41,422 bases of DNA from Phycisphaeraceae bacterium (GCA_040382255.1 JBEIFT010000001.1:1-41422), one strand, 5' to 3'. Shown: positions 1 to 8,591, counted from the first letter of the stretch. Program-made: numbers and translations. The notes: generated by a model from the sequence alone, not told the origin.

Positions 1-2
1 AA

Positions 3-815
3 ATGGCCGCGATGCGCCCGCCGGACGCGGAGCACGCCAGCGAGCTGGACGCCATGCGCGCGGGCTTCCCCGCACGCGCATCGCTCGCGCTGGTGAACGG
101 CGTGCTGGCGCGCGCCCAGGCAGGCGACTGGCACGGCGCGCGGCGCGTCGCCGAATCGATGAACACGGTCGGCGCCGCGTGGGCGATGCTGGACGACGAG
201 GCCCGCAACATCGCGCTGCGGACGCTCCGCGAGCTGACGGCGGTCGAGGACCGCGCGCTCTACGAGGAGTTCCGCCGCGCGCCGTCGGCGGGAACCGCGG
301 CGCGCTACCTGGCGGGGTGGCCGCTGCGCCGCCGGGCGATGGCGCCGCTCGTGGCGGACTGGGTCCGGGCCGCGGCCGGTGCCGACGTCGCGCTTGCGCT
401 GGAATCGGTCGTGTGGGATCGAACCGGGGGCCCGGCCACGCCGGAAGCCGTGCGCGACCTTCCCGACGCCGCGATCGTGGTGCGCCTGGACGGCGCGCGC
501 GCGATCGAGGCGACGATGGAGGACGTCGTCGAGGGCACGCGCCGGCCGTTCGATCCCGCACCCCGGGCCACCCTGCAGCCGGGCGCCGACGTGGTTCGCG
601 TGAGCGCCGAGGTGCGGATCGACCTGCGCGACACGCTGATCGCAGACCCGATCGCATCGGGAACCGCCGACGTCACCGCGGACGAGCTCCGGGCCGGCCG
701 GGGCATGACGCTTGCCGCGACCGATCCCTCCTGGTCGGGCCGGCCGCACGTCCTGCGGCTGCGGTGCGTGCAGCGCGGGCTGCCCGCCTTGCCGCCCTGG
801 ATGGAGCCCCGCTAG
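3..815 (+). CDS. hypothetical protein (may be 5'-truncated by the window edge)
   Basis: Open frame with strong third-position G/C bias from the window edge (first ATG at 3) to TAG at 813-815. No motif I can assign. Confidence 0.5.
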   Translation: MAAMRPPDAEHASELDAMRAGFPARASLALVNGVLARAQAGDWHGARRVAESMNTVGAAWAMLDDEARNIALRTLRELTAVEDRALYEEFRRAPSAGTAARYLAGWPLRRRAMAPLVADWVRAAAGADVALALESVVWDRTGGPATPEAVRDLPDAAIVVRLDGARAIEATMEDVVEGTRRPFDPAPRATLQPGADVVRVSAEVRIDLRDTLIADPIASGTADVTADELRAGRGMTLAATDPSWSGRPHVLRLRCVQRGLPALPPWMEPR

Positions 816-826
816 CCTCCCGCCCC

Positions 827-1453
827 ATGGACCAGACACTCCCGCCGATCACGCCCGACCCGACGCACGAGGAACCCGCCCCGAGCAACTGGCCGACATG
901 GTTCGGGGTCATCTCGATCGTCTTCGGAGCGCTGCTGCTGCTCGGATCGTGCTGCGGAAGCATCTGGATGCTGATGGCGCCCAGCGTGATGGCCCGGATG
1001 GCGGGGATGGAGATGCCGGAGGTGCCTGCCGTCATGAAGTGGGTGACCGTGCTCGACATGCCGGTCAGCCTGGCGCTCGGCGCGCTGCTGATCTTCGGCG
1101 GCATCCGGCTGCTGCGTCGCCGCCAGTCAGGGCGCACCCTGCTGATGCGGTACGCCGTCATCCGGATCGTGCTGGCGGTGCCGCTGCTCGCGGCGGGCTT
1201 CCTGATGCTGCAGCCCTCGGTCGAGTGGGGCGCCGCGATCGCGCGGTCGCAGATCGACCTGATGCACAAGCAGTCGCCGAACGCGAAGGTGCCGCCGCAG
1301 CTGGAAGCCGCGGCGAACCAGGACAAGCCGGGCATGCTCAACTACCTGACGCTCTTCGGCGGCAGCGCGCTCGGCCTGGCCTTCCCCATCGCGATCGTCC
1401 TGTGGATGGGCGGCGGCCCGGTCAAGGAAGAGGTCGCGCGCTGGGAGCCGTGA
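827..1453 (+). CDS. integral membrane protein, about 4 TM helices, unknown function
   Basis: ATG at 827, 11 nt after the upstream stop (MDQTLPP...). Hydrophobic helices include WFGVISIVFGALLLLGSCCGSIWMLM, VSLALGALLIFGGI, IVLAVPLLAAGFLML and LTLFGGSALGLAFPIAIVLWM. The ORF-track start at 179 is an upstream Arg/Gly-rich extension overlapping the previous gene. Confidence 0.6.
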   Translation: MDQTLPPITPDPTHEEPAPSNWPTWFGVISIVFGALLLLGSCCGSIWMLMAPSVMARMAGMEMPEVPAVMKWVTVLDMPVSLALGALLIFGGIRLLRRRQSGRTLLMRYAVIRIVLAVPLLAAGFLMLQPSVEWGAAIARSQIDLMHKQSPNAKVPPQLEAAANQDKPGMLNYLTLFGGSALGLAFPIAIVLWMGGGPVKEEVARWEP

Positions 1454-2138
1454 CCGGCAGCGCGTAGCGCGCATCGGGCGGGCATTCCACGGTCTCGCCA
1501 TCCACCGTCACGCGCCACGCATGCAGCGCGGCGCCGGTGTCGCGCGTGCAGTCCCCGCCGTACAGCGCGTCGCCGCGCAGCGGGTGCCCCAGGTGCGCCA
1601 GCCCCGCGCGCACCTGGTGCCGGCGGCCGCGGCCGACGACCTCGACCTCGACGCAGTCGTGCACGCCGTCCACCGCGCGGGCCAGCACGCGCCATCGGCA
1701 GCGGCCGCATTCCGGCGCCTGGCCCTCGTGGCGCACGGTCACCTTCTTGGACCCCTTGTGACGGCTGCTGAAGTAGAGGCGGAAGCTGCCCTCGGCCGAC
1801 AGGCCGCCATGGGCCAGCGCCAGGTACTCCTTGTGCGTCGCCTGCGCGCTGGCGAAGGCGGCACGCATCCGCTCCTGCGCCGCGGCGCTGCGGGCGGCCA
1901 CCAGGCATCCGCTCGTGCCCTCGTCCAGGCGATGGACCAGGCCCGCCTCGTGGAGCGCGGCGTGGTCGGGGCGCGCCGCGCGCAGCCAGCCCTCGATGGT
2001 CCGCGCACCCGGGTTGCCCGCCTGTTCAACGCTGTGCCAGCCGGCCGGCTTCGCCACCACGACCCAGTCCGGCCGCTCGGCGATGACCGAGGGCGCGGTG
2101 GTCGCGGGGGGATTCACGGAGTGGTTGTCCGGCTGCAT
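1422..2138 (-). CDS. RluA-family pseudouridine synthase
   Basis: Motifs VVAKPAGW, HRLDEGTSGCLVAA (catalytic-Asp HRLD block) and GRRHQVRAGLAHLGHPLRGDALYGG. Start set at ATG 2138 (MQPDNHS) rather than the track start 2309. The 3' end overlaps the convergent gene by 32 nt. Confidence 0.85.
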   Translation of the reverse strand: MQPDNHSVNPPATTAPSVIAERPDWVVVAKPAGWHSVEQAGNPGARTIEGWLRAARPDHAALHEAGLVHRLDEGTSGCLVAARSAAAQERMRAAFASAQATHKEYLALAHGGLSAEGSFRLYFSSRHKGSKKVTVRHEGQAPECGRCRWRVLARAVDGVHDCVEVEVVGRGRRHQVRAGLAHLGHPLRGDALYGGDCTRDTGAALHAWRVTVDGETVECPPDARYALPVTAPSARPLP

Positions 2139-2185
2139 CCGTGCAAGGCTAGCGCACCCCCTGCCGCCGTACACTTCTGCCCGCC

Positions 2186-3523
2186 ATGCCGTACTACACG
2201 AAGCTCGGTCGCATCCCCAGCAAGCGCCACGTGCAGTTCCGCCGCCCGGACGGCGCCCTCTACAGCGAGGAAGTCTTCGGCACCGAGGGCTTCGTCGGCC
2301 CGACGTCAACGCTCTACCACGTCAATCCGCCGACGCAGGTCATCGGATGGAAGACGCTCTACGGCACCAAGCCGGAGTACGTGGAGACCGACGTGATGCG
2401 CATGCGCCACCTGAAGATGGCCCCGATGCCGCCGAAGGGCGACCCCGTCACGGGCCGCGTGGTGCTCTTCGGCAACGCGGACGTGGAGATGTCGATGTGC
2501 CTCCCCGCCGAGAGGATGGACTACTTCTTCAAGAACGCCATGGGCGACGAGTGCCTCTTCGTGCACTTCGGCTCGGGCACCGTGCAGACCATGTTCGGCA
2601 CGCTGAAGTTCGGGCCGAAGGACTACATCGTGATCCCCAAGGGCATCACCTACAAGATCATCTTCGACAAGACGAAGGACGGGGAGCCGGAGCCCCGCTT
2701 CGTCTGCTTCGAGACGGCGAACGGCAGCCACATCGGCCCGCCGCCCCGCTACCTGAGCAAGGAGTCGCGCCAGTTCCTGGAGCACTCGCCCTACTGCGAG
2801 CGCGACCTGCGCACGCCGGAGCTGCCGCTCACCTACGACAGGAAGGGCGAGTACGAGGTGCGCATCAAGGCGCGCGACCTGGTTCACAGCTACACCTACA
2901 CGTACCACCCGCTGGACGTCGTGGGCTGGGACGGCTGCTACTACCCGTACTGCTTCAACATCGACGACTTCGCGCCCATCGTCGGCAAGCTGCACATGCC
3001 GCCGCCGATCCACCAGACGTTCGAGGGCCACAACTTCGTCATCTGCAGCTTCTGCCCGCGCCTCCTGGACTTCCACCCGGACGCGATCCCGGTCCCCTAC
3101 AACCACTCGAACCTGGACAGCGACGAGATCCTGTACTACGTCGAGGGCAACTACAAGGCGCGCAAGGGCATCGAGCAGTGCTCGATCAGCGTGCACCCGC
3201 AGGGCATCCCGCACGGGCCGCACCCGGGCACCATCGAGAAGTCGCTGGGCGCCAAGGAGACCACCGAACTGGCGGTCATGTGCGACACCTTCCGACCGAT
3301 GTTCCCGACGAAGGCCGCGATGGCGTTCGACGACCTGGCCTACCCGCAGAGCTGGGTGGGCGAGCACTTCCCCGTGAGCCTGGGCCAGCACGATGCCTCG
3401 GGCGAGCCGAAGAAGGCGGCCGGCGGCGGCAAGGCGAGGGGCAAGACAGGCAAGAAGCCCGCGAAGGGCGCCAAGGCGGCGCCGAAGCGCGGTTCGGGCC
3501 CGGTCGGCAGCACGTGGGAGTGA
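2186..3523 (+). CDS. hmgA: homogentisate 1,2-dioxygenase (short bacterial type) with an extra Lys-rich C-terminal tail
   Basis: N-terminus MPYYTKLGRIPSKRHVQFRRPDG and blocks YYVEGN and VHPQGIPHGPHPG match my recollection of the roughly 380-aa HmgA type. Convergent with fumarylacetoacetase, 13 nt apart. Confidence 0.8.
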   Translation: MPYYTKLGRIPSKRHVQFRRPDGALYSEEVFGTEGFVGPTSTLYHVNPPTQVIGWKTLYGTKPEYVETDVMRMRHLKMAPMPPKGDPVTGRVVLFGNADVEMSMCLPAERMDYFFKNAMGDECLFVHFGSGTVQTMFGTLKFGPKDYIVIPKGITYKIIFDKTKDGEPEPRFVCFETANGSHIGPPPRYLSKESRQFLEHSPYCERDLRTPELPLTYDRKGEYEVRIKARDLVHSYTYTYHPLDVVGWDGCYYPYCFNIDDFAPIVGKLHMPPPIHQTFEGHNFVICSFCPRLLDFHPDAIPVPYNHSNLDSDEILYYVEGNYKARKGIEQCSISVHPQGIPHGPHPGTIEKSLGAKETTELAVMCDTFRPMFPTKAAMAFDDLAYPQSWVGEHFPVSLGQHDASGEPKKAAGGGKARGKTGKKPAKGAKAAPKRGSGPVGSTWE

Positions 3524-3536
3524 CCGGCGAGCGGCC

Positions 3537-4838
3537 TCAACCTGCCGGCAGCACCACGCCCCGGCACTCGCCGAAGCCGATCCGCGGCAGGCCCGGGCGC
3601 TCGCACCAGGCGCGCATGACGACCTCGTCGCCGTCCTGCAGGAACCGGCGCTCGGTGCCGTCGCCCAGCGTGATCGGCTCGGTGCCGCGCCACGTGCGCT
3701 CCAGCAGGCAGCCGCGGCTCTCCTTCGTGGGGCCGCTGATCGTGCCGCTGGCCAGCAGGTCGCCGGGCCGCATGTTGCAGCCCGTCGAGGAATGGTGCGC
3801 CAGCATCTGGCTCATCGACCAGTACATCTCGGTGAAGCTGCCCAGGCTGACGCGCGTCGGGGCCATCCCCTGCTCACGCATCGCCGCGCTGGAAACCAGC
3901 ACCTCGAGCGTCACGTCCAGCACGAAGTCGCCGTCGAAGTGCAGGTACGGCAGCACGGGCGGGTCCGTGGGCTTGCGCGCCGGGCCCGGCACCGCGTAGG
4001 GCGTCAGCGCCTCGAGCGTGACCACCCACGGGCTGATGCTGGTGGCGAAGTTCTTCGCGTTGAACGGCCCCAGCGGCTGGTATTCCCACTTCTGCACGTC
4101 GCGGGCGCTCCAGTCGTTCACGATCACGCAGCCGAAGAGCCGCTCCGCCGCGCGCGCCACCGGGACGCGCGTGCCGATCGGGTTCTCGCGCCCGCCCAGG
4201 AAGACGCCAACCTCGAGCTCGTAGTCCATCAGCTTGATGGGGCCGAAGGCCGGCGGGCCGTCGTCCGTGGCGCTGGTCTGCCCGTGCGGGCGGCGCACCG
4301 GCGTGCCGTCGACCACGAAGCTGGACGCGCGCCCGTGGTACCCGACCGGCAGGTGCTTCCAGTTGGGCATGAGCGGCTGGTTGGGCCGGAACATGCTGCC
4401 GACGTTCGTCGCGTGGTGCTCGCTGGCGTAGAAGTCGGTGTAGTCACCGATCGCCGCCGGCAGGCGCATCGCGAGCGACTTCCGCGGCAGCAGCACCGCG
4501 TCGCGGCGCGCGTGCTCGCGGATGCTGCGCGGGCCGTCCGAGAGCATCGCGGCGACGTGCGCGCGCACCGCGGACCACTCGGCGGGGCCGGACGCCATGA
4601 ACGCGTTCAGCGTGGGCGTCCGCAGCGCCGCCACCAGGTGCGCCGGCAGGCCGTCGAGCAGCCCGAAGCCGCCGCACTCGGCCAGGTCCAGCGCACAGTC
4701 GCCGATCGCGACGACGATGCGCGGCTCGCCCGGCCGGTCCGGGCGCTCGGCGACGCCGAACGGCAGGTTGGCGAGCGGGAAGTCGCCGGCGGGATCGTTC
4801 GCGCCGGAGACCCACGAGGCGTGCGGGGCGTGTGCCAT
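3537..4838 (-). CDS. fahA: fumarylacetoacetase
   Basis: 433-aa product. Blocks FPLANLPFGV, GDYTDFYASEHHATNVG, MPNWKHLPVGYHGRASS, DYELEVG and VNDWSARDVQKWEYQPLGPF are typical of FAH. Start at ATG 4838 (MAHAPHAS); the longer track ORF (to 5342) is Arg-rich noise overlapping the upstream gene. Confidence 0.9.
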   Translation of the reverse strand: MAHAPHASWVSGANDPAGDFPLANLPFGVAERPDRPGEPRIVVAIGDCALDLAECGGFGLLDGLPAHLVAALRTPTLNAFMASGPAEWSAVRAHVAAMLSDGPRSIREHARRDAVLLPRKSLAMRLPAAIGDYTDFYASEHHATNVGSMFRPNQPLMPNWKHLPVGYHGRASSFVVDGTPVRRPHGQTSATDDGPPAFGPIKLMDYELEVGVFLGGRENPIGTRVPVARAAERLFGCVIVNDWSARDVQKWEYQPLGPFNAKNFATSISPWVVTLEALTPYAVPGPARKPTDPPVLPYLHFDGDFVLDVTLEVLVSSAAMREQGMAPTRVSLGSFTEMYWSMSQMLAHHSSTGCNMRPGDLLASGTISGPTKESRGCLLERTWRGTEPITLGDGTERRFLQDGDEVVMRAWCERPGLPRIGFGECRGVVLPAG

Positions 4839-4843
4839 GGTGT

Positions 4844-5770
4844 TCAGTCCTTCGCGGCGGGCAGGAGGTGCAGCGACTTCAGGTCGCCGATCGGCTCGTC
4901 GAACGAGCAACTGCCGAAGCTGCGCGCGAACTTCTCGCGCGCCTCGCGGATCTGCGCCAGGCCGAGCGTGCGGCCCTTCCAGCTGATCGAGGTGGGCGTG
5001 AACTCGAAGTTCTTCGCGTGCGTGTCGGCCAGGAGCATCTCGAGCTCCTCCTGCTCGATCGCGCCGTGCCAGAGCAGCGCCGCGCCGAAGAAGACGTTCA
5101 CGAAACCGAACTGGTCGCAGCCGACCGCCTCGTTGCGGTGGCGGAACGGGTGGTGCAGGCCCGCGATCGCCTTGAACGGCACGTCGGCGGCCTTGCAGTG
5201 CGCCAGGAAGCGCGCGAGCTCCAGCGGGCCGGGATGCGCCTCGGGCGTGGTGCCGCCGGTGCGGACCTTGGCGCCGGATTCCATCTCGCTCAGCGCGGCC
5301 AGCATGCCGCGGTTGTCGGCGTCCCACGGCAGCTCGAACCACGGGAAGAGCTCGTCGGGCATCAGCTCCAGGGCATGCTCGATGGCGTTCGCGTTCTTCG
5401 CCTTCAGCTCGATCGCGTCGATGAGCGCCCGCCCCTCGCCGGGCTCGCCGTGGCGCTTGTTGAAGCGCTCGATGACGTTCAGGTCGTCCTCCAGCGCGGC
5501 GTCGTTCGTCGCGGCGCTGAGCACGGTGATCGGCCAGTGGTCCTCGCTGTCGTCCCCGGCTGCGCCGCCCTTCGGCAGCACGTCCTTCGCCAGGCGCTCG
5601 AACTCGCCCAGCCGCGGCACCGGGATGACCAGCCGTGCCAGGGCCCAGCGCTCGGGGGCGGCGCGGTGCTTGGCGTAGTGGCCGACGGTGGCCGACATGT
5701 CGAGCGACGCCGGCGGGAAGAGCCCGGCGTAGTCGATCACGGCGTGGACGAGTGCGCGGGTCGATTCCAT
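4844..5770 (-). CDS. conserved-looking hypothetical protein, family not recognised
   Basis: Clean 308-aa ORF with balanced composition. It starts 10 nt after the MFS stop and ends 5 nt before the fahA start. Blocks YAGLFPPA, AKVRTGG, FKAIAGLHHPFRH and SFGSCSFDEPIGDL. Confidence 0.75.
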   Translation of the reverse strand: MESTRALVHAVIDYAGLFPPASLDMSATVGHYAKHRAAPERWALARLVIPVPRLGEFERLAKDVLPKGGAAGDDSEDHWPITVLSAATNDAALEDDLNVIERFNKRHGEPGEGRALIDAIELKAKNANAIEHALELMPDELFPWFELPWDADNRGMLAALSEMESGAKVRTGGTTPEAHPGPLELARFLAHCKAADVPFKAIAGLHHPFRHRNEAVGCDQFGFVNVFFGAALLWHGAIEQEELEMLLADTHAKNFEFTPTSISWKGRTLGLAQIREAREKFARSFGSCSFDEPIGDLKSLHLLPAAKD

Positions 5771-5780
5771 GGGACGGGCA

Positions 5781-7262
5781 TTATGTCGCCCCGGCCGCGT
5801 CCGTGCCGGGGTCCCCCGGCCCCTCCTCGCGGGAACCGTCTGCCCGGTCGATCCAGTCGAGGCTGGAGCCGAACGATTCCTTGAGGCTGAGCACGGACAG
5901 CATGGCCACGGGGATCAGGATCGCCCCGACGAGCGCCGCCCCGCGCCACGGCGCGGACGGGTCGCCGGGGTTGCCCGCCGCGCCCGACGCACCGCCGAAC
6001 ATGCCCTCGAACGCATGCCACAGCAACGCGCTGCCGGCGGCCGACCAGCGGACGAAGTTCGGGGCCGTCGTCGCGGCCGTCGCGCGCAGGTTGGTGCCGA
6101 ACTGCTCGGCCGCCGTGGTGACGAAGACCGCCCAGTAGCCGCACGCGAAGCCGACCGCGCCGATCGCGGCGTACAGGCCGGTCAGGCTGCCGCGGCCGAG
6201 CACGAAGTAGGCACCGACCGCGAGCGCCGTCAGCACGTGGACGAGGAACAGCGCGCGGCGGCGGCTGCGCATCAGCTGGCTGATGAGCCCGCTGGCCAGG
6301 TCGCCGAGCGCAAGGCCGATGTAGCAGATCATCACCGCGAGCGCGGGATCCGGCTTCGAGTCGATCGGCAGGCCAAGCGACTGGCCGATCACGTCGCAGT
6401 ACTTCACCAGCACGCCCACGCAGTACCAGATGGGGATCGCGCACAGGATGAGCGCCAGGTACCGCCGCCCGCGCGCCGGAGGCCAGACCAGCATCCAGAA
6501 CGCGCCTCGCCCCACCCCTTGCGCATGCTTCACGCGGTCGAACATCCCGCTTTCGACGACGCCCACGCGCAGGAAGAGCAGCGCCAGGCCCAGCATGCCG
6601 CCGATCAGGTACGCGTTGCGCCAGTCCTCGACGGCGCGGGTGACGAAGTACGCGCAGACCGCGCCCATGATGCCGACCGACGCGATCAGCGTGGTCGCGA
6701 ACCCGCGGCGCTCCTTGGAGACCAGCTCGGACACCAGCGTGATGCCCGCGCCCAGCTCGCCGGCAAGCCCGAAACCGGCCACGAACCGCAGCGCCGCGTA
6801 CTGGCGGTACGCGGTGCCCAGCCCCACGGTGTGCAGCCACGCGAAGGCCGAATCGGTCGGCACGTCCTGGATGAACGCGTTCAGGATGTTCGCCGCCGAA
6901 TAGACCAGGATCGACCCGAACAGCATCTGCAGCCGCCCGAAACGGTCCGCCAGCACACCCCACACGATGCCGCCCAGCACCAGGCCGGTCATCTGCAGGT
7001 AATTGTCGAGCATCACCCCCGCATCACGCAGGATGTGCATCTCGACCGCGTCCAGCGCGCGCTTGTTGGCCTCGGCATCCGCGGTCAGGAACTTCGCCGC
7101 GGCCTCGGCCTTGGCGGCCTCGATCCGCGGGTACAGCACGTCCTTCAGCGACCGCACGCGCACGAGCGCGAACAGCAGCAGATCGAAGATGTCGACGAAG
7201 TAGCCGAGCGCGGCCACCGTCGTCGCCAGGGCGATGTTCCGGTCTCGGATCGCGACCCGCAC
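5781..7262 (-). CDS. MFS transporter (possibly aromatic-acid/metabolite:H+ symporter-like)
   Basis: About 12 hydrophobic helices. MFS motif A is present as GVLADRFGRLQMLFGS, with a DxFD-like motif in TM1 (YFVDIFDLL). There is an unusually long (about 55 aa) loop between TM1 and TM2. Confidence 0.85.
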   Translation of the reverse strand: MRVAIRDRNIALATTVAALGYFVDIFDLLLFALVRVRSLKDVLYPRIEAAKAEAAAKFLTADAEANKRALDAVEMHILRDAGVMLDNYLQMTGLVLGGIVWGVLADRFGRLQMLFGSILVYSAANILNAFIQDVPTDSAFAWLHTVGLGTAYRQYAALRFVAGFGLAGELGAGITLVSELVSKERRGFATTLIASVGIMGAVCAYFVTRAVEDWRNAYLIGGMLGLALLFLRVGVVESGMFDRVKHAQGVGRGAFWMLVWPPARGRRYLALILCAIPIWYCVGVLVKYCDVIGQSLGLPIDSKPDPALAVMICYIGLALGDLASGLISQLMRSRRRALFLVHVLTALAVGAYFVLGRGSLTGLYAAIGAVGFACGYWAVFVTTAAEQFGTNLRATAATTAPNFVRWSAAGSALLWHAFEGMFGGASGAAGNPGDPSAPWRGAALVGAILIPVAMLSVLSLKESFGSSLDWIDRADGSREEGPGDPGTDAAGAT

Positions 7263-7268
7263 GGATGC

Positions 7269-7541
7269 TCAGTGCGCGGCCTTGGGGCCGAAGCCGCAGT
7301 CCGTCAGGAAGCGGCGGATCTGCGAGATCTCGTGGTTGTCCTCGAGCGTGTGGCCGCCGTTCTTCGGGATGTTGAAGGTCATCTCCTTGCCGGAGAGCTT
7401 CACCTTCAGGTGGTCCTTCTTGGTCTCGTCGGTCGTGCCGCCGAGCGCCTGGAACATGTGGACGACGTCGCGCCAGTGGATGTTGTGCGACGTGGGGTGC
7501 GCAAAGATCTGCTCGAGGGTGTGTTCGGCGTGATGGGACAT
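7269..7541 (-). CDS. small 90-aa protein, HicA-toxin-like by recollection (uncertain)
   Basis: ATG 7541 is preceded by AGGAG with an 8-nt spacer (minus strand). The stop is 6 nt before the MFS start. TLEQIFAHPTSHNIHWRDVVHMFQALG...ISQIRRFLTDCGF resembles the TLEAIFA..I.W.D...LL.ALG...R.FL...G pattern of HicA-family variants as I remember them. Confidence 0.55.
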   Translation of the reverse strand: MSHHAEHTLEQIFAHPTSHNIHWRDVVHMFQALGGTTDETKKDHLKVKLSGKEMTFNIPKNGGHTLEDNHEISQIRRFLTDCGFGPKAAH

Positions 7542-7607
7542 GCGTGTGACTCCTGATGAATGCGGACGGCGAAGGTTACCCCGTTCCCGGCTGCGCGGCG
7601 ACCGGGC

Positions 7608-7646
7608 AAAAAGACCCGCGGCGCGCCGACGTGGGCGCGCCGCGGG
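7608..7646 (-). terminator. rho-independent terminator after the PEP-CTERM gene
   Basis: Perfect 13-bp stem CCCGCGGCGCGCC (7615-7627) / GGCGCGCCGCGGG (7634-7646) with a 6-nt loop. On the minus strand it is followed directly by TCTTTTT (7608-7614). Confidence 0.65.
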
Positions 7647-7675
7647 AGGCTTGCTTCGGAACGGGACGCTGCGTT

Positions 7676-8287
7676 TCAGGCGCGGCGCCGGCGGCTGGCC
7701 ATCCCTGCCAGGCCAAGCAGCGCGATCGCGCCGGGCGAGGGCACGAAGCCGATCGCCATGTTGTCGGTGGCGACGAAATTCGACGCGCCGGCAGAGCCGA
7801 ACGGCGTGATCGAGAGGCTGCTGATCGTCGACCCCAGCGACCAGAAGCCGGCGAACGTCGTGGGCGAGCTCACGTTGCGCACGTAGCTGGTGCCGTCGGA
7901 CAGGTTCAGGACCATCAGGCCCGGCCCGAAGCTGCCGTTGGACGAGCTGTAGAAGAAATCGCCGCCGATCCCGTAGACCTGCCCGCTGCGGAAGCTGAAG
8001 GTCACGGTGCTGTTGGCGCTGGCGGCGCGGAGCGCGCCGTTCTGCGCGATCATGCCGTCCTGCGCGTTCGCGAACCACTCGCTGGCTGCGCCGGGGTTGC
8101 CGGTGAAGCCGCCGGCGGCGAACCCGCTGGCGGTGTCGAAGGACTCGGTGGCCAACGCGGTCCCGGGCTGCGCCAGGCCGAATGCGCCGAAGGCTGCGCG
8201 ATCGTCAAACACGATCACGCCGGCAAGCGCGGGCGAGGCGACGCACGCCACGAGGGCGGCAGGAACGATGGAACGGAAGGTCGTCAT
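7676..8287 (-). CDS. secreted PEP-CTERM-anchor protein
   Basis: Signal peptide MTTFRSIVPAALVACVASPALAG. The C-terminus VPSPGAIALLGLAGMASRRRRA has the PEP-CTERM layout (P-x-P motif, TM helix, Arg cluster). Start at ATG 8287. Confidence 0.8.
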   Translation of the reverse strand: MTTFRSIVPAALVACVASPALAGVIVFDDRAAFGAFGLAQPGTALATESFDTASGFAAGGFTGNPGAASEWFANAQDGMIAQNGALRAASANSTVTFSFRSGQVYGIGGDFFYSSSNGSFGPGLMVLNLSDGTSYVRNVSSPTTFAGFWSLGSTISSLSITPFGSAGASNFVATDNMAIGFVPSPGAIALLGLAGMASRRRRA

Positions 8288-8518
8288 GGGGCAAGCCTTT
8301 CGAACGGACAAGACGTGAGCGCACTCCGTCACAACAGGAGCACGTTTCTTTCCCTGCCTCCACCAACCCATTCAAGGCGCCCCGCATTTCGTGAAGCGCC
8401 AGCCCTCGGAGACGTAAAGCCAGTGATGGCAACGGTCGTGGGTCCGAGAATGCCGCGCGCCCGCGCCACCATCCCGGCACGTGGCTCACCTGGGGCGATG
8501 GATACACTCCCCGCCTGC

Positions 8519-8591
<73 letters not shown>

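Noticed and set aside
7615-7646. Possible REP-like repeat family. The terminator hairpins at 7615-7646 and 32457-32487 both carry GGCGCGCC arms next to the loop, and the one at 39311-39342 is similar.
   Set aside because: The shared sequence is only about 8-9 nt of GC-rich palindrome and the flanks differ. This is best explained as independent GC-rich intrinsic terminators.
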